Shown here: piece after piece, positions 49,583 through 53,600 of the stretch
Position numbering within the stretch: the stretch's first letter is position 1
Layout: each line of letters starts with the position of its first letter
Assembly (NCBI GenBank): GCA_947164955.1
Contig: CAMUYT010000001.1
Location: 1-53,600 of the forward strand
Source of the DNA: an uncultured Bacteroidales bacterium
Lineage (GTDB): Bacteria > Bacteroidota > Bacteroidia > Bacteroidales > F082
Direction of reading: 5' to 3'
Length of the DNA stretch: 53,600 nucleotides
The notes under the pieces: model-generated
The model's database searches: none
What the model was told of the DNA's origin: nothing
The model's input: only the letters and a program-made list of their open reading frames with translations
Translations under genes and position numbers: made by a program

Positions 49583-50426
49583 TCCACTGATAGCTATTGT
49601 CTTTCCTCAGCCAGGTCATCTGCCGCTTGGCATATTGCCGCGTGTGGATTTTGATTTGCTCCACGGCTTCGTTGAGGGTGCAATCTCCGTCGAAATAGGC
49701 GAACAGCTCCTTGTAGCCCACCGTGTTGAGCGCGTTCAGGTGGCGTTTTGGGTAGAGTGATTTGGATTCTTTCAAAAGGCCTTGTTCCATCATCATGTCA
49801 ACCCTTTTGTCGATGCGCTCGATAAGGGCTTGTCGGTCCCAAAGCAGGGCGTATTTCTTGATGGTGAAGTCGCGCTTGACCGTTTCGCCACTGCGGAACG
49901 AAGAGAATGGTTTTCCCGTTTGGTAGCACACCTCCAAAGCCCGTTGCAAACGACGTGGGTTTTGCTGGTCGACGATGGCCAAATAGGCGGGATCGAGGCG
50001 CTGCACTTCGTCTTGCAAGGCTTTAAGTCCGCCTTCCGCCAACATTTTTTCGACTTTCTCTCGGATTTCAGGCTCTACGTCGGGCATGGCGTCGATGCCG
50101 TTGCACACGGCGTCGATGAAGAGACCTGAGCCACCCGTCATGATAACGACATCGTGGGTTTTGAAGAGTTCATCCAACAATTGGATGGCTTCGCGCTCGT
50201 AGTCGGCCACGTCGTATTTGTCTTCAATGCTGATGTGGTGGACGAAATAATGTTTGGCTTGGCTCAGCTCTTCCTCAGTTGGGGCCGCCGTGCCGATGCT
50301 CATTTCCTTGTAGAACTGCCGACTGTCAGCAGAAAGGATGACGGTGTTCAAGGCTTTGGCCACCTGGATGGCGAAAGCGGTCTTGCCCGAGGCGGTGGGG
50401 CCTGCTATGACGATGAGGGTTTTCAT
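49527..50426 (-). CDS. miaA: tRNA dimethylallyltransferase
   Basis: MKTLIVIAGPTASGKTAFAIQVA...SADSRQFYKEMSIGTAAP...GGSGLF. Confidence 0.92.
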   Translation of the reverse strand: MKTLIVIAGPTASGKTAFAIQVAKALNTVILSADSRQFYKEMSIGTAAPTEEELSQAKHYFVHHISIEDKYDVADYEREAIQLLDELFKTHDVVIMTGGSGLFIDAVCNGIDAMPDVEPEIREKVEKMLAEGGLKALQDEVQRLDPAYLAIVDQQNPRRLQRALEVCYQTGKPFSSFRSGETVKRDFTIKKYALLWDRQALIERIDKRVDMMMEQGLLKESKSLYPKRHLNALNTVGYKELFAYFDGDCTLNEAVEQIKIHTRQYAKRQMTWLRKDNSYQWIMPEDFDSTVSTLQQEKT

Positions 50427-51898
50427 ACTTTGTTTGGAACCGGTCCATTATTAGCCACCACAATCGGTTCTTCCAATTCCTTCACTACGCTGAGGCCCAG
50501 CTTTTTGCCCTCTTCCTTCATAAAAGCATAGGCTTCTTGGAAGTTGTTGCCAATCACGCCGTCGAGGATGGCCTCGCGGATGGCGTTCTTGATTACGCCG
50601 ACCTCGCGTCCTTCAGGGATGCCGAAGGTTGTCATGATGGCGGTGCCGTCAATAGGCGGCTGCCAGTTGCGCAGGTGGTCCTTGGCCTCGATTTCCTTCA
50701 GTTTCTCTTGCACGATTTCGAAGTTGTGGTGGAACTTCTTCACCTTCTCTTCGTTCTTCGAGGTGATGTCGGCATGGCAGAGCAGCATCAGGTCGTCGAT
50801 GTCGTCGCCGGCTTCGAAGAGGAGACGACGCACCGCGCTGTCGGTGACGATGTCCTCGGCGAGGATGATGGGACGCATGTGGAGCAAAACCAGCTTTTGC
50901 ACATATTTCATCTTCTCGTTGAGTGGCAACTTCATGGTGGCGAAGATCTTGGGCACCATCTTCGAGCCTTTGAACTCATGCCCGTGGAAGGTCCAGCCGG
51001 TGCCGTCCTCCCAACGTTTGGTCTGTGGTTTGGCGATATCGTGCAGCAAGGCCGCCCAACGCAACCATAGGTCGTTGCTCATCTCGGCTACTTGGTCGAG
51101 CACCTGCAAAGTGTGCAAGAAGTTGTCCTTATGGCCTCTGCCTTGCACCACTTCAATGCCTTTCAGTTGGGCCAATTGGGGGAAGATGAGCTTTAGCAAA
51201 CCGCTCTCGTCCAAGAGCTTGAAACCAATGGAAGGCCGTGGCGAGAGGATGATTTTGTTCAACTCTTCGGTCACACGTTCCATCGACACGATCTTGATCC
51301 GTTCGGCGTTGCGTTTGATGGACTCGAACGACTCGGGCTCGATGTAGAACTTGAGCTGCGAGGCGAAACGGATGGCACGCATCATGCGCAGCGGGTCGTC
51401 GCTGTAGGTGATGTCGGGGTCCAATGGCGTCCTCAAGGTCAGCTCTTCCATGTCGGCCAAGCCGCCAAAGCGGTCGATGAGCGTGCCGAAGTCTTCTTCG
51501 TTGAGGCTGAGGGCCAGGGCGTTGATGGTGAAGTCGCGGCGACTGATGTCGTCGTCAAGGGTGCCGTTTTCGACCACGGGCTTGCGGCTGTTGCGGTCGT
51601 AGGATTCTTTCCTCGCGCCCACAAACTCCACTTCCATGCCTTCGAAACGGATCATGGCCGTGCCGAAAGCGCCGTAGTATTTGGCTTCCTTGTGGCCGGG
51701 CAGGAGGGAGGCGACCTTTTTCGCCAAGGTGATGCCGCTGCCCACGGTCACCACGTCGATGTCGTTCGACGGGCGGTGCAGCAGGATGTCGCGCACATAG
51801 CCGCCGATGACATAGCTCTTGTAGCCCAACTCCTTTGAGGCGTAGGCTATCACCTTAAAGATCTTGCTACTGATATGTTTCTTGAAGTCGTAGTTCAT
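50423..51898 (-). CDS. cca: tRNA nucleotidyltransferase (CCA-adding, poly(A) polymerase family head + HD domain)
   Basis: GGYVRDILLHRPSNDIDVV, RRDFTINALA, and an HD region LLHDIAKP. It has 4-nt overlaps with clpC upstream and miaA downstream. Confidence 0.8.
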   Translation of the reverse strand: MNYDFKKHISSKIFKVIAYASKELGYKSYVIGGYVRDILLHRPSNDIDVVTVGSGITLAKKVASLLPGHKEAKYYGAFGTAMIRFEGMEVEFVGARKESYDRNSRKPVVENGTLDDDISRRDFTINALALSLNEEDFGTLIDRFGGLADMEELTLRTPLDPDITYSDDPLRMMRAIRFASQLKFYIEPESFESIKRNAERIKIVSMERVTEELNKIILSPRPSIGFKLLDESGLLKLIFPQLAQLKGIEVVQGRGHKDNFLHTLQVLDQVAEMSNDLWLRWAALLHDIAKPQTKRWEDGTGWTFHGHEFKGSKMVPKIFATMKLPLNEKMKYVQKLVLLHMRPIILAEDIVTDSAVRRLLFEAGDDIDDLMLLCHADITSKNEEKVKKFHHNFEIVQEKLKEIEAKDHLRNWQPPIDGTAIMTTFGIPEGREVGVIKNAIREAILDGVIGNNFQEAYAFMKEEGKKLGLSVVKELEEPIVVANNGPVPNKV

Positions 51899-53600
51899 GC
51901 GACTGGGGCTTCTTCAAGGATTTTCCTTTCGTTGGGGATGACGTTGACGACGGTCTCCTCGCCGTTTTCGCTGAGGTCGATGCTGATGGTGTCGCCGATG
52001 TGGAGGCCCGACGAGATGATGGCTTCGGCCAACACGTCTTCCACGTATTTCTGGACGGCACGCTTCAGCGGACGGGCGCCATATTGTTCGTCCCAGCCCT
52101 TCTCGGCAATGAAGTCCATGGCCTTCTCGGTGAGCTCGATCTTGTAGCCCATCTCTTCGACGCGCTTCACCACCTGACGGATCTCGATTTCGATGATCTT
52201 GTGGATGTCGTTCTTGTCCAACGAGTTGAACATCACCACGTCATCCACGCGGTTGAGGAACTCGGGCGCGAAGGTGCGTTTCAAGGCGTTGTCGATGACG
52301 CTTTGCGAGTACTCGTTCTTCGCGTTGAGTTTGGCCTGTGTGCCAAAGCCGACACCATGACCGAAGTCCTTCAGCTGGCGTGAGCCGATGTTCGACGTCA
52401 TGATGATGATAGTGTTCTTGAAGTCGACCTTGCGACCGAGGCTGTCGGTCAGCTGGCCGTCGTCGAGCACTTGCAGCAGCAGGTTGAACACATCCGGGTG
52501 GGCCTTCTCGATTTCGTCAAGCAGGACGATGGAGTAGGGCTTGCGGCGTACTTTCTCGGTGAGTTGGCCGCCTTCTTCATAGCCGACGTATCCGGGAGGC
52601 GCTCCCACGAGGCGCGACACGGCGAACTTCTCCATGTATTCGCTCATGTCGATGCGGATGAGGGCGTCTTCGCTGTCGAAGAGGAACTTGGCCAACACCT
52701 TGGCTAAGTAGGTCTTACCGACACCCGTGGTGCCGAGGAAGATGAACGAGCCGATGGGCTTGTTGGGGTCTTTCAGTCCGGCACGGTTGCGGCGGATGGC
52801 TTTGGTCACTTTCTTGATGGCGTCGTCCTGCCCGATGACGGTGCCTGCCAGCTCGCTCTCCATGTGCATGAGGCGGTCGCCTTCGTTCTTGGCGATGCGT
52901 TGCACGGGCACGCCCGTCATCATGGCGACGACTTCGGCCACATTCTGCTCGGTGACTTTTTCGCGGTGTGCCACGGCATTGTCTTCCCATGCCTTTTTGA
53001 CAGCCTCGAGGCGGTCGAGGATCTTCACCTCTTCGTTGCGGTACATGCCGGCCTCCTCGAACTTCTGCTCGGCGATGGCGGCTTTCTTGTCCTTGCGGAC
53101 CTCTTCGAGGCGTTTTTCCAACTCAGTGATTTCACTCGGCACGTCGATGTTCTTGATGTGGACGCGGGCACCGGCTTCGTCCAGGGCGTCGATGGCCTTG
53201 TCGGGCAGGTGACGGTCGCTGAGATAACGGTCGGTGAGCTTCACGCAGGCTTCGATGGCCTCTGGCGTGTAGGTCACCAAGTGGTGGTCTTCGTAGCGGC
53301 CTTTGATGTTGTTCAAGATTTCGATGGTCTCGGCAGGCGTTGTTGGCTCGACGAGAATCTTCTGGAAACGGCGTTCCAAGGCTCCGTCTTTCTCGATATA
53401 TTGGCGGTACTCGTCCAAAGTGGTGGAGCCGATGCACTGCAACTCGCCACGTGCCAAGGCGGGCTTGAACATGTTGCTGGCATCGAGCGAGCCGTTGGCG
53501 TTGCCAGCGCCCACGAGGGTGTGGATCTCGTCGACGAAGAGGATGATGTCGCGGTTGTTGCTCAGTTCGTTGAGGATGCCTTTGATGCGTTCCTCAAACT
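51895..53600 (-). CDS. clpC: ATP-dependent Clp chaperone ClpC-type; N-terminal part lies beyond the window
   Basis: The frame stays open from 53514 to the window edge (...[23 protein letters not shown]...). A short UVR-like linker ([34 protein letters not shown]) rather than a long ClpB M-domain. NBD2 has [14 protein letters not shown] and [14 protein letters not shown]. Confidence 0.88.
   Translation of the reverse strand, partial: FEERIKGILNELSNNRDIILFVDEIHTLVGAGNANGSLDASNMFKPALARGELQCIGSTTLDEYRQYIEKDGALERRFQKILVEPTTPAETIEILNNIKGRYEDHHLVTYTPEAIEACVKLTDRYLSDRHLPDKAIDALDEAGARVHIKNIDVPSEITELEKRLEEVRKDKKAAIAEQKFEEAGMYRNEEVKILDRLEAVKKAWEDNAVAHREKVTEQNVAEVVAMMTGVPVQRIAKNEGDRLMHMESELAGTVIGQDDAIKKVTKAIRRNRAGLKDPNKPIGSFIFLGTTGVGKTYLAKVLAKFLFDSEDALIRIDMSEYMEKFAVSRLVGAPPGYVGYEEGGQLTEKVRRKPYSIVLLDEIEKAHPDVFNLLLQVLDDGQLTDSLGRKVDFKNTIIIMTSNIGSRQLKDFGHGVGFGTQAKLNAKNEYSQSVIDNALKRTFAPEFLNRVDDVVMFNSLDKNDIHKIIEIEIRQVVKRVEEMGYKIELTEKAMDFIAEKGWDEQYGARPLKRAVQKYVEDVLAEAIISSGLHIGDTISIDLSENGEETVVNVIPNERKILEEAPVA

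Overview
This 53.6-kb window is from a Bacteroidota chromosome. That assignment is inferred from TAnnTTTG -7 promoter boxes, T9SS-type C-terminal sorting domains, a FeoA-FeoB fusion and a BspA-type LRR giant protein; Prevotellaceae-like is only a guess. Nothing was computed: all calls come from reading the ORF track and the sequence, and all family names are motif-level recollections, not search results.

Layout, left to right:
(1) 1-1337: a secreted repeat protein that is missing from the ORF track because it runs off the left edge.
(2) 1430-6413: a cobalamin riboswitch followed by a five-gene operon. It opens with two T9SS-sorted proteins, then a beta-propeller lipoprotein, a Cys-rich CWC protein and a BtuF-like binding protein. 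There is no btuB.
(3) 6414-8947: feoAB plus a small Cys-rich membrane protein.
(4) 9113-17181: a TPR histidine kinase, a LuxR-type response regulator and an 1822-aa secreted protein.
(5) 17189-22171: a Upf1-like helicase, a ~55-bp tandem hairpin repeat array, a secreted 504-aa protein and a dGTPase.
(6) 22388-28753: a 2123-aa BspA-like LRR protein. Its last ~160 aa form a two-repeat module shared with the 1822-aa protein.
(7) 28880-31677: an EamA transporter and an acyl-CoA ligase.
(8) 31.7-46.7 kb: an accessory defence island with no integrase. It holds a hypothetical gene, a 370-bp structured non-coding stretch and an XRE-ImmA/IrrE fusion with a small PIN-like gene. Divergent from these is a tightly packed seven-gene operon: SNF2 helicase, DUF4391-like protein, small membrane-anchored ORF, Type III Mod, two AlbA_2/Schlafen-like genes, Type III Res.
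(9) 46755-53600: housekeeping genes speA, a BadF-type kinase, miaA, cca and clpC (partial).

The most interesting signals are in the island:
- Extra SNF2+DUF4391 genes sit in front of a Type III R-M.
- Schlafen-like genes are wedged between mod and res, with a relic copy of the res 5' end and short direct repeats at the junctions.
- The mod gene has a mosaic AT-rich core containing a perfect 18-bp inverted repeat.

Outside the island, two things are worth follow-up: the B12-riboswitch/T9SS operon, and the C-terminal module shared by the two giant proteins.
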